Positions 53,218 through 64,000 of a stretch of 64,000 nucleotides of DNA are shown one piece after another. The DNA lies in contig OZ004614.1 of the NCBI GenBank assembly GCA_963924565.1, positions 26,164,001 through 26,228,000 on the forward strand, read 5' to 3'. This DNA is from Ascidiella aspersa (lineage: Eukaryota). A program made the position numbers and the translations under genes. A model generated the notes under the pieces. The model ran no database searches. It had not been told where the DNA came from and worked only from the letters and a program-made list of their open reading frames with translations. How positions within the stretch are numbered: the first letter of the stretch is position 1; each line of letters opens with the position of its first letter.

Positions 53218-53451
53218 CAGGGTTTCTTAAACTGGGGTCCATGGACCCCTTAGGGGTCCGTGAACTAATTTTAGGGAGTCCACGAAGGCTAAATTGAAAT
53301 ACTGGTGTATATTTAGGAAGTAATCAATTTTTCAAAGTAAGTTTAATTAAAAATAAAACGTTTTGGCCATGTATTTAGACTTTATTTTATCATCAGCAAA
53401 ACGAAGCCAAAAAAATTTAGGGGTCCACGGTAAAAAAAGTTAAAGAACCCT
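53218..53451. mobile_element. hAT-type MITE
   Basis: cagggtttcttaaact-ggggtcc...ggggtccacgg..agttaaagaaccct, with cttaaa-like flanks. Confidence 0.65.
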
Positions 53452-53726
53452 TCTTAAATTCTTAAAACGGAAAATAGTCATCTATACCTTTCAACTCGTT
53501 TTACGAATCCTGAAAACTTATTTTTTGTCGCCTATAGGTAAAAACCTAATCTGACTAACGTTGTATTAATCCTGGCAGTCGAGAACATTCACCTGGTTTA
53601 AGGTTTAACCAAACTAGACTGATGCTTAACCGTTCAAATATAACGCAGGAGGCATTTGTATGATAACATATTTATAAATGTACATCGAACAACATTTGAA
53701 AAACAATTGTTCATTAGCAACAGATT

Positions 53727-56501
53727 TTACATTTGGTTCATTACAATGTTAACACCATCATTATTTCTTTGCAAGACAGAGGTTTTAAATTTCTCGAAAC
53801 GAACACAACATCTGTCTATCAATGTGGAGTAAAGCAAGGGGTTCAATGCACTGTTAATGGGAAGCAAAATACCAGCACTAATAAGATAAACATCATTGGG
53901 GAGTGGAACACCAGAAACAGCCAAGTAAGCAAGCACACACATTGGGATCCAGCAACAGAAGTCAGTGATAAGCAAGCGGGAAATACGTTTTTGTAGGTTA
54001 GTATTAGGTTGTTTGTTCCTTGCATTAGCCATTTTGTTACTTTGTACATAGATAAGTATGTAAGCCACAAGCATAAAAATGAACAGCAGAAAGTTGAGTG
54101 TGATAAGAAACACAGAATATTGCCAAGAAGCGTCATTTGCAGAGGCGAACAGTCTGGGCATGCAAACACTAGTTTCACCATAATAACCGAATATTCCTTT
54201 TATCGGTTGGTTTGGGAAAGTATTGTGGATAATTTGGGTGACGTCATACCAAGAAAGTGACGTCATGTTATCTAGTGTGATATTATTGGCTAAATACAGC
54301 ATTTTTTGTTTGGGGACTTTGTCAGTTTTAAAAAACCTACTGGAAAACCAAACATGAGATACAAAATATCCTGAATTGTAATTAACTAAAGGTATATTGG
54401 CAGATGTCAATGCAAACAGCCAAACACATGCACATGAAATGTAAATCCATTTCAACTCCAGGGTCCTAGAAATGTATGGTTTGTAAACTGTTGCAAGTCT
54501 AAACGCTGTCATGCCAGCCATAGTACCCGAAGAGGCCATGGTAGCTACAACACACAATGCCCCGAGAATAGAACAGGTGCTACTTGTGCGCCAAAGTGCG
54601 TCAAACGAACAGTAATCCCCCGAAAACTGTAAACCGTTTATGCTTATTGCAATAAGATAAATGCCCATGAGAAAATCAGCAGGTGCCAAACTAAGCAAAA
54701 ATATGTAGGTGCTTTTTGTGAAATTATCTGCGTTCTTGTTATTCACAATGTCCCTTATAGTAATAGCGACAACCGCTAAATTCCCAAAGCCAGCCGCAAA
54801 CCCCATTAACCAGAAGAAGGCTCTGTAAACAGGATTGGCGATCATTTCCTTTTGATTTGAGAAAGTGGAACTTCGCTTACTTATGGGCGGGCATTCGTCA
54901 CTTCCGTCCGAACATTGAGGGAATCCATTTTCAACCAAGTTGATGTCGACCGACAGGGGCTTTCCATTGCGACAGTAAAACCTCGTTTCGTTGCATCGCG
55001 TCCTATCCTCGTCCGATCCGTCGTCACAGTCTATTGTTCCGTCACAAAGGTTGTTGACATCGATGCTGGTGAGCGTTCCGCTAGCGCAATCGTGACGCTT
55101 GGGGCACAATCCACGTTCGTCGCATGGCGGCCATGTATAATTCACTCCCTTACATGCTACTCCATACATGGATTTATTACCCATGCACTTCACATCGCAG
55201 AACTTAGGTCGAGGCTCACAACCATTGCATTCATCTTTCATGCCCCAACATTCAGGCCTGCCATCGCATTTCGTGGCGCGTGCGGAGCGTGCACCGAAGT
55301 AGTCTGATAGGCAATACATATGTTCTCCTTTACCGTCATTCTGTGCTAGTCCGCAATATTTCGTGTTGTATTCTCCTACACAACTGACTTTTTGGTTGCA
55401 AAGCACTTTGTCCATATCCACGCAGTCCGTTTCACTTTGGCAATGCATTTGGTTGGGAGGGCAAGTGTGTCTAGCGTCGCCCAAGATATCATGGCAAACT
55501 GTTTGGTCGTCGCACAAACATTCATCGGAAAGATCATAGCAGTCAGCCACCCCGTCACAAACTTGTTGCTGAGAAATAACCAGTCGTTGGTCCAAACACA
55601 AGAAGCAAACGAATTGTCCATCAACGAAGCAAATATCTGACTTGTCAGCGCATTGAGGTTCATCGTCGTAGATGTTTATCTGCGGTAAAACACAAATTCT
55701 TGTTCTGCTTGTTCCCGAGCATTTAAATCCCAGCCCGGTTTTCATTTCATCATCATTGCAACCCATGAAGTTGTCGCAATAACGATGGGTGGAAATGAGA
55801 TTACCATTACTGCACCGCGACAAACTTGTGTGCGTTCCCTCCTCACAAACCCGCTGTCCATTCCCACAAACCCTGTCTCTCCGCCCTTCACACGGCCCCA
55901 TAAGTTGGCGGCAAGTCGTCTTGTTGTGGATTGCTTGAAACTTGGTTTTGCTTGTCTCGTTTGAACAATGAGTTACCTTAACCAACTTATCTCCGACCCA
56001 AACAATCCGATCTTCACAAGGCTCCTTTCGTCCGACGCACTTGATTCTACCGTCAGCCACTTGTTGCTGACAAGCTCTGCAAAACCACTCGTCGCTACCG
56101 TCCAAGCAATATGGCCGACCATCACACATGTAAACCTTACTCACACACTGAAGCCCATCGTTGCAATGCACTGCGTAACTTCCACAACTGCTACAGTTCA
56201 TCTCATTGCTCCTATCGTAACATGCTATATACCCATCGCACCATTCACTTGCGCGAATACACCTCCCATCATCGCACATCTTCGCTCCTCCATTGCAAGT
56301 TGTGCAGTTTGTCTCATCATCACCAGGCCAACAATCCCTCCGCCCGTCGCAAACTTCAGTTTGATTGATACACTTCCTCTCTGACTCGAAATGACTCCCA
56401 ATATTTCTTCTACACTTAAACTGATCTTTGGCGCATCTTGCGTTTGCTCCAATACACAAGGCGAGCAACGCACAAACAAAAGCAAAACTTTTTAGCAACA
56501 T
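53727..56501 (-). CDS. LDL-receptor class A repeat-containing class A GPCR (RXFP/GRL101-related, no LRRs), intronless
   Basis: Signal peptide MLLKSFAFVCALLALCIGANA and many LDLa modules (CDGRRDCWPGDDE, CDGRPYCLDGSDE, CDGVADCYDLSDE, CDGTIDCDDGSDE). The 7TM carries GNLAV, ADFLMGIYL, TDFCCWIP and LPINSALNPLLY, as in relaxin receptors. The ORF-track start at 56528 is TTG; the ATG is at 56501. Confidence 0.9.
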   Translation of the reverse strand: MLLKSFAFVCALLALCIGANARCAKDQFKCRRNIGSHFESERKCINQTEVCDGRRDCWPGDDETNCTTCNGGAKMCDDGRCIRASEWCDGYIACYDRSNEMNCSSCGSYAVHCNDGLQCVSKVYMCDGRPYCLDGSDEWFCRACQQQVADGRIKCVGRKEPCEDRIVWVGDKLVKVTHCSNETSKTKFQAIHNKTTCRQLMGPCEGRRDRVCGNGQRVCEEGTHTSLSRCSNGNLISTHRYCDNFMGCNDDEMKTGLGFKCSGTSRTRICVLPQINIYDDEPQCADKSDICFVDGQFVCFLCLDQRLVISQQQVCDGVADCYDLSDECLCDDQTVCHDILGDARHTCPPNQMHCQSETDCVDMDKVLCNQKVSCVGEYNTKYCGLAQNDGKGEHMYCLSDYFGARSARATKCDGRPECWGMKDECNGCEPRPKFCDVKCMGNKSMYGVACKGVNYTWPPCDERGLCPKRHDCASGTLTSIDVNNLCDGTIDCDDGSDEDRTRCNETRFYCRNGKPLSVDINLVENGFPQCSDGSDECPPISKRSSTFSNQKEMIANPVYRAFFWLMGFAAGFGNLAVVAITIRDIVNNKNADNFTKSTYIFLLSLAPADFLMGIYLIAISINGLQFSGDYCSFDALWRTSSTCSILGALCVVATMASSGTMAGMTAFRLATVYKPYISRTLELKWIYISCACVWLFALTSANIPLVNYNSGYFVSHVWFSSRFFKTDKVPKQKMLYLANNITLDNMTSLSWYDVTQIIHNTFPNQPIKGIFGYYGETSVCMPRLFASANDASWQYSVFLITLNFLLFIFMLVAYILIYVQSNKMANARNKQPNTNLQKRISRLLITDFCCWIPMCVLAYLAVSGVPLPNDVYLISAGILLPINSALNPLLYSTLIDRCCVRFEKFKTSVLQRNNDGVNIVMNQM

Positions 56502-57169
56502 TTTATCAACCGTATCTAATCTAACCAAAATTAATAAAGGTTTGGTAAGTCATGTATGATTTTTTGCGGGTCACTATTATAAGTGATTGATATAAAATCC
56601 ACCAAGTGCAACAAAACAAAAATATTTATCCACTTTTTCATCTATTTTAGAATTAACTCATGATTGCGATTAACACACCCGTTTACCACCCCAACTAGTT
56701 GACCCTTAACTGCTTTTAGTTTATGCAAAAGGCGCAAAAAACAACAACATTTCAAGCCCAAAATTGTTGCAAGTTATACAACAAAGACATTCAATGTATT
56801 TATGTCTTATCACTCGTTTAAACTAAGCTAAGGCTCACCACTTTGTGAATCATCTCGCATTTCTTGTAAATAATTAGTTCTAACTTAGTCATTAATGACA
56901 ACTGTTCACTTGAAAGACATTATAAACCTTTCATTTGGAAAACTTCAAGGCGAAAAGAAGTCAAAGCTAACAATTCTAACTAACCTAAAAATCAAAAACA
57001 GACACTTTTAAATGAATCACAATTTGAATAAAGGAAATAGCAAAGGTTTACTTCACCAAGATAGACTCGTAGTAAGCTTGTCCTTGTCGCTGGTGCAAGA
57101 ATAGTTCATGTAAATCACTTGTTGCGATATTTTGAATCATTCTTTTGTAATTGCCACACGAGTGAGATA

Positions 57170-60100
57170 ATCTTGGATCAAACCAAGCTTAGCAGACCTG
57201 TGCATTGCGCTCGTATACTTGGAACAAACAACTCTCAGTTATATTAAGCCATTATGTAAATTAACGCGGTTGAAGTTTCGGTCGTTTGTTGTTCGATGCT
57301 AATATCACAATGTTATTTTAAAGTAAGAAGCTATTTACCCGATAATAAAGCAATTTAAATCAATGCATAATCACCAATGGATGTGTGCGTATCCGAGCGA
57401 GTAGGACAAAAAAACAATCACACATTTATTAAGAATTTAACCGAATAAGAAAATAAATTTTAAAAACAAAACAAGCTTAGAATGATCTATAATTGTCAGT
57501 GGTGAAAGTAAACCGGAACGGTGGGAAATGGCGTTTTCAAAACACATTTTTGCAAGTACGCCATACCGGTAAAACAATGATCTGTTTCACCGAACCATCC
57601 CGCCATCTCCTTCAATGTATTCATACTAGGGTTTAAGTTGCTTATTTGTGCACAAAAGTGTCTCGAAAGTAGAAGGACATTATGGACGGTGTTTCTTAAA
57701 TGTATTTAGACTAAGATTTTGATTGCATATTTGTGTACAACATCACGCAATAACTTCAGGTTTTCAAATGTTAATTGTGTTAAACGTCCCGTTATCACGT
57801 GACTTTGTGACGTCATCTGTAAAAACTGTACGTCTTTCAGAAAGAAAATGATTTTTTTCATCCCCGCTAATCGTGCAATTATGCGGCTGGAGCGATCCGA
57901 GCAAATAGCCGCTTCCTTAATTTGGTTTAAGCGAACGTTTCTTTAATTTCCAACGTTCTGACAAAAGCAAAGCACTACTTGATCCACGGCTTCCATGTTT
58001 CGGAATTTGATCGTATTAATTGTAAAAAGGGCAATTTTGAAATGAATGAAAAAGCATAAAGTAAGTAAGTGTTAATCTTGCAACCGTTCTCCTACAAACA
58101 GCAACTTGGTTTGGCCACAATACATCGAGACAGGGATATCTTAGATGAAAACTTGTCCACTCTACAGCTGATTTGTTTCGTTTAGACTTCACTAAGCCTA
58201 AACTTTTGTTAGGGATGTCTGATACTTGACATTACATTCCTATAACCGTTTTTTGGACAAAAAAATTCCTTGTTATGCTCAAACAAACAATAGATCAAAT
58301 TAAAACTATGAAAGGTCTTTTTTCAGGTTATTACGCCAAAATATGCTTTAGCTTTAGAAAACTTACTTACGTCCTTTTGTTAATTTGAATAAAGGAAATA
58401 GCAAAGGTTCACTTCACCAAGATAGAATCGTAGTTATAATAAGGTTGTCCTTCTCACTGGTGCAATAATAGTTCATGTAAATGCCTTGTTGCGACATTTT
58501 GAACCGCTGGTTTGTAATTGCAACACGTTTCTTATCTTTTGACCGAAGATTTCTAGAAATATACCTTCCTCAAACTAAAATGTAGCAAAAACTTTGCAAT
58601 TTACTGTAATTTCTCGAACCAGAGTTTTGTAAGTTTTTTACAGATTAACAAATACCGGCCAATATTTTCTTGTTTGCCGACAATATAATAAAGAAACAAA
58701 TAGGTGGCCACTTTGGACATAAATAAACTTTTTCACTAGTTAACTAAAATGCGCTAAAGTTAATTTAGAGCTGTTGCTTCCTTTTTTGAAATAGTAATAA
58801 ATTTCACCAACGTTTTTTCATAAAAACGTGTGGCCTTTAAGATTTTTATTGTAATAAATCAGGGGCGGAGATATTTTTTATGCGATTGGCGAAAAAATGC
58901 GTTTGTTTGTTTTAAAAAATTTAGAAGGGGACGTGGCACCCTGCACACATTGCTTATCATATCGTTGTTATATGTTTAAAATAAAAAAGAAATGCATCCG
59001 CGAAAAACATAGATTAGGCTGTTGGAGAGTCCCATGCCACTAGCTAGAGTTCACATTTATAATTTACACTTAAGAGTTTACATGCGTGAAAAAATATTGG
59101 GGGTTGATAAAGATTCATTGAAAAAGCAAATCGACTTCAAAGTGAAATAAGATTCACGCAAAGTGCGAAAATATGGCGATTGCTTATTGCCCAGATTGTA
59201 ACATAGATCGCGAGGGCTGAAGGCTGCCCACACCTGCAGTAAAGGTTCTGGGTTTGGTTGAAGTTTCAAACAACATTGTGACGTGTTGTTAAGGTGAACT
59301 TTTAACCCCAAGTGAAAGGATGTTGACGAGATTGAATCTTGGAAGTCACAAACCAAGCTTACCTGAGCAAGGAGCCGCGCTAACCTGAGCTTGCGCTTGT
59401 ATATTTGGAACAATCTCTCAGTTATATTAGGCCATTATGTAAATTACCGCGGGTGAAGTTTCGGTCGTTTGCAAAGCAATGAAACACTTGCCCTTACTCT
59501 CACCTTTTCGTGTAGTTTTGTAAAAAGGTTAGACTCTAAAAATAGTTGGATCCTTCTGTTATATCGGGGTTGTGAGTTCGAATCTCATCGTAGCCAAGTA
59601 CTTTCTGGCGGCCAACGTCTTGCTTACGTACAAATCCTTGTTGACGGTGTAGCGCTATAAGTTAGCACATATATTGGCACAATCAGGTGTGCAATTATGA
59701 TTAATTTTTACTGTTTCTTGTTCGATGCTAATATCACAATGTTATTTTAAAGTAAGGGGCTATTTACCCGGATAATAAAGCAATTTAAATCAATGCATAA
59801 TCACCACTGGATGAATGTGTACCCGAGCAAGCCGGACAAATATCCAATCGCACTTTCTGAAGCTATTTACCCGGCAAACAAGGTAATTTACCAAAATTAG
59901 AAAATAAATTAAAAAAAACAAAACAAGACTTAGATTAATCGCTAATTGTCATTGGTGAAGTAAGCCGGGACAGTCCGGAATGACGTTGCGACAAATCACT
60001 TTTGCACGCCGGTAAAACAATGAGCGTTTTTCACCGAGCCACCCGTCATCTCATTGATGTATTCATACAAGGGTTTAGTTGCATATTTGTGCACAACAGC

Positions 60101-60296
60101 ACGCGATAACCCCAGGTTTTCAAATGTTACTCGCTTTAGACGTATCTTTATGACGTAACTTTCTGACGTCATCTGTAAAAGTTTTATGTGTTCCAGTAAG
60201 AAATTATTCTACTTCGATCTCTGCTAATTTGTATTTATGTGGGCCGAGCGATCCGATCAACTAGTCACTTCCTTATATTGGTTTATGCGAGCGTTT
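57170..60296. repeat. Local direct duplications upstream of the GPCR: 57170-57940 ~ 59348-60296; 57024-57160 ~ 58384-58527; 57930-58290 ~ 47430-47800
   Basis: Long shared strings, e.g. gttcgatgctaatatcacaatgttattttaaagtaag, and atcttgcaaccgttctcctacaaacagcaacttggtttggccacaatac. Confidence 0.88.
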
Positions 60297-60599
60297 AAAG
60301 CTTTAATATTCCATAATATGTATATTATATTGTTTAATGTTAAAGAAGCAAAAAAATTGTTACGTTTATTTATTCTTTAGCTCTACCTAGCGGTCGTTGA
60401 ATTTTAAAACTAACTGTGTAACCCGGGTTAGTAATTAGCGAGGCTACAACGTAAAAATATATGGTGCGATTAATTTCTTTAAATATGGATTTGTCAAATG
60501 ACAATCGCTTTTTAATTTGCTGAAATCTAGCTCGGGTATTTCCAAACGGCTCCTTGAAAGCCTGAATATATTTAAAAATTAAGTGCGGTTACCAGCATT

Positions 60600-62190
60600 A
60601 ATTTAGGCGCGGCGCGAAATTCCAAGTTGATTGCGATCAGCTGATCGAGGAAAGCGCCGCTGGCTTTCTGGAAACGCCTTCACAAGGAAACTGGAGAGCT
60701 TCAAGTTGGACGTGGAAACAAGTTGCCGGTTTGAAGCAACTTTGTACATTTTGTTCGGGTGATCTCGTTTAATACGCCACTGGGGCGTACAACTATTACG
60801 AGGTACCAACTAGTGGCTGTCACGCGCGTAAATCTCGGCTGTGGGAGATAGGCTTTAGTTTTAACCTCTTTTGACGCAGGGAAACCGCTTGGGTCAAAGC
60901 AAGGTTCGGGCAGGGAACCTTGCTTGATCTTGGCGGTGCAACGTAGTTCTGGTGCCACGAGAAGGTTAGGGTGCGTTGTAGGTGGCCCATAGAAGAGCTC
61001 GTGGCACAATTTTGAATAAATAGGTTGCTTTTAGCTTCGCGTTACAAATAGTGGGATAAGCCGCCACCAAGTTGCCTAGGATGTCGTAGAAGTGTGGCGG
61101 TTTTAACTGAATAAGGACTTTCGTGCTAGATTCCGACGGTTGTGTTCACGGGCTTGTCTTGTGTCCGTGTAACGCAAGTCGATACAAACCGGTATTGGCA
61201 CCAAACCTCGCGTAGGGCATAGGATCCCCGCCCCTGGCTTTAGCTCTAAATGCAGATTAAACGGCCATTTGTGTCATTTTGTTTGGGTAAGGGTGTTGAG
61301 AGTTAGAACGGTGCTGTGTGGATCTTTCTAGGGTGGCGCTGTTTAGCACCGTTCTTATAAAACCGTGTTAAAATCAAATAAATATTCTTTACACTTTTTC
61401 TCCTGGAGCTAATTGACCGTTCCCTAATCACTGTTTTTCAAGCTAGTCAGTGGGTTTAGCCCATTTGTAAAGTAATTGCTTGAGATTAGTGTAGGCCTTG
61501 TCCTGGCGTTTTGGCATAAATCTTCCCTTCCAATCCCTGTGACTAAGTAGCAAGAAGTGCCGGACAAGGCTAAACGCTTGAAAACCAGTTTGAATCTGAA
61601 CGTTGTAGCTTTTATGAAACCTGCGCTTTGATTTAAACCAAATTTTGCCAATTAGGGTCCACGTTAAACGAGAGTCTTACTGCAAAGCTCTCGTTCGGTC
61701 AATAGCTCCATTTTCTTGTGTTTTATGATAAGGTAGTAAATAGCTAACAACTGCCCCACAGTCGCCTTAGACGTTGCCAAAGTTGCGAACATATTTCAAA
61801 AAATATTTGTTAATTTTTTATCGTTAATATTCGCAACTGGCCAATTCGCGTGACAGCCACGCCTTCTGTTGTAGACGTTTTGCACATTTATAACTTCTGA
61901 TAAGCAGAAAGGGTCAGGATTGGTTCAGAGCCTTTTCACTATAACACTGCACTTTTACTGTAAGCACACTGCACAGCTCTGAACCTTTAGCGCATTAATC
62001 GGCAAGCACGTGTGTTTGGTAATTTGCATGTTTGGTTGAAATCCGCCATTCTGAAGATGAACTAAGAACTCATAACCATTAACGAACTCGGAATTGAATA
62101 ACCGCGATGCGACGAGACGATGGAATCGGACCTAACTAAAGAACTGTGTGTTGTGTGTGCACTTAGTAAGTCTGCTACATACAAATAAAC
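60600..62190 (-). mobile_element. Possible degenerate LTR retrotransposon remnant (LTR end plus decayed gag-like sequence)
   Basis: GC-richer block. The minus strand has an LTR-like end ..ataaaa..ctacaaca at 61868 followed by interrupted frames containing gag-like LKQLLYKW..GQLAPGEKV. Confidence 0.35.
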
Positions 62191-62316
62191 CCTAAAACAA
62201 ACATTTGAGACAGTTTACACGCCTTGGTTTTGCCGAGTATAAAAGAGTAAGGAAGTTGTAGCAAAAACAATTATGTTATTGGGTGAAGGTCTAACGATTC
62301 CTAGAAAAATCTCAAT

Positions 62317-62378
62317 CTTTTGTCGCTTCAGGTTTTTTTGTCGCTTCAGGTTTTTTTGTCGCTTCAGGTTTTTTGTCA
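62317..62378 (+). repeat. 18-bp tandem repeat, about 3 copies (ttttgtcgcttcaggttt)
   Basis: Directly visible; it produces the KNLKRQ repeat in the spurious ORF 62215-62526. Confidence 0.9.
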
Positions 62379-64000
62379 TTTCAAAGTTCAAATGGTAAGT
62401 TTTGGCCGCTTTGTTTTTGCAGGTGATTACAAATCCACAAACCCACACACAAACAGAACAATTATGAAAATAAGGAACATTAAGGTGTAGTCTTAGAGAA
62501 CAAGGGCGTAGGTTTAGGCTCGCCAATACACTCCTAGCTTTAAACAGTTTTTAACTATTTGTTTTTGTACTTTTCATGTAAACGACGTCACTGGAAGTAT
62601 TCGATGACGTCGTCATGACGACATTGTGCACGGACAAGTCATTACGTCATCAAACTGTCACGGGCAAAATGGACAGTTTAAGATCACCCATCGTCATCTG
62701 CCATCTTATAGCGTATACCTTTTCCATGTGAAGCTTTATGTTGTAATTCTGAACTTCAGTAAAAGTTGATTACTGTCTGTAAAAATTATAATATTGTGTT
62801 TTAACTGTAATTGCGGTGCAGGTTTTTCGTATATTGAATTTTATGATCAACATTTGTGATTTTGTTTCAATTAGGAAAAATTACACCAGAGTTCACAATA
62901 ATGCCTTAATTTATGTAAATTAAGAAGAAAGTCTTAATGTTTTTTTAATTTTCGACTTAAAACTTTTTGCGGTTAATTCGCACGTTTTAGAATCACCTTT
63001 AAACTAAATTACATAAGAGGCAGTTGAAAGCAAAAAAGCCGTAAGATTCTGAAGGTAATTTTTGTATAAACTAAATTTCAAATTTGTTCACTCGAAATAA
63101 TAAACTTAACCTGTAAGAAGTTTGAAAGACACCAGTCGAAATTTAAAGAAATAATAAAAAATCGATTTATTTGTGAAACAAACATTTTTTTACACAAAAT
63201 CTTATAGTGAAAATTTAACTTTAAACATTTTTAATTATACTACGGCTATATGCTGACAAAACAACGTAAACTAAGTGCTCGCTTGGTAGGATTTGATATT
63301 GTCGGTTGAAATTCAAGTAAACTTTGCTACTCACCATAATAAATTCTAAATTATTGCGCCTTGTACAGATTTATTGTGACTTTGTATTAAAATAATTTAC
63401 ATGGCAGAATACAAAGGCAAATCGAATGCTTTGCCTTTCTATCGTTATTTCCAAATTGTTCCAAAGGAGAAGGTTAGTAGGTGAATATTGAACGGTTGCA
63501 AAAAACCAGATAAAGCATAACAAAAGAGGAAGCCTTATTAAAACGTAAATTCTAGCTTTGATTAGACATACACATCTGCTTTAAAGGTGGCATCTTATCG
63601 AAAAAAATGCAACGAAACATATATTTAGGTGAAAGCGCACAATCGACCTATTATGGACTTGCAGTCCAGAAACATATTTCTGCGTTTGTAGGTTTTCCGT
63701 TGGATGTGAAACGGTTGTTAAAAACGAATGCGCAGTATTAACTAAAACTGTCTCAGTGAAAATAAGTGTGTAGGCTAGATCGTCGCAACCTTAAATTGAC
63801 CAATGCCTAAAAAACATTTAATAGGTTGAAAAAATGCTAAAAAGAAAAATGTTTGACGCTATTATTATGTTTTGTTCTCGGCAAATTCGGTCTACGGAAG
63901 AATTAGTTTTGAAGAACAATATAGTAGACTACTTGCCTTTAAAAAAGTCTCCGCCAATTAATGTAGCCTTGAAGAAACATTTTGGAACAAGATAATTTTT

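Noticed and set aside
62215-62526. ORF with KNLKRQ repeats
   Set aside because: Produced by an 18-bp DNA tandem repeat; no other coding signal.

Overview
Eukaryotic, AT-rich animal genomic DNA with GT-AG introns. It is most consistent with an ascidian (tunicate); this is inferred from the operon-like gene packing, an LRR-less LDLa-repeat GPCR and strong TGACGTCA enrichment. Positions 1-42 kb hold a dense block of nine conserved genes: MOB2 (+, 3' exons only), Elongin A (-), NDP kinase and TMEM186 (+), LRMDA and PHF10 (-), ALG8, TBC1D20 and ELMOD2 (+). They are arranged around two divergent promoter regions. Five of these CDSs are intronless, and several downstream genes have an apparently unpaired splice acceptor just before the ATG, which suggests SL trans-spliced operons. 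Positions 42-64 kb are repeat-rich: hAT-type MITEs, a 9x28-bp hairpin array, an inverted ELMOD2 exon fragment, several local duplications around an intronless LDLa-repeat GPCR, and a probable decayed LTR element. tRNA-derived SINE copies occur in both halves. There is no CRISPR array and no prokaryotic system. Gene identities come from recalled protein motifs, not database searches.
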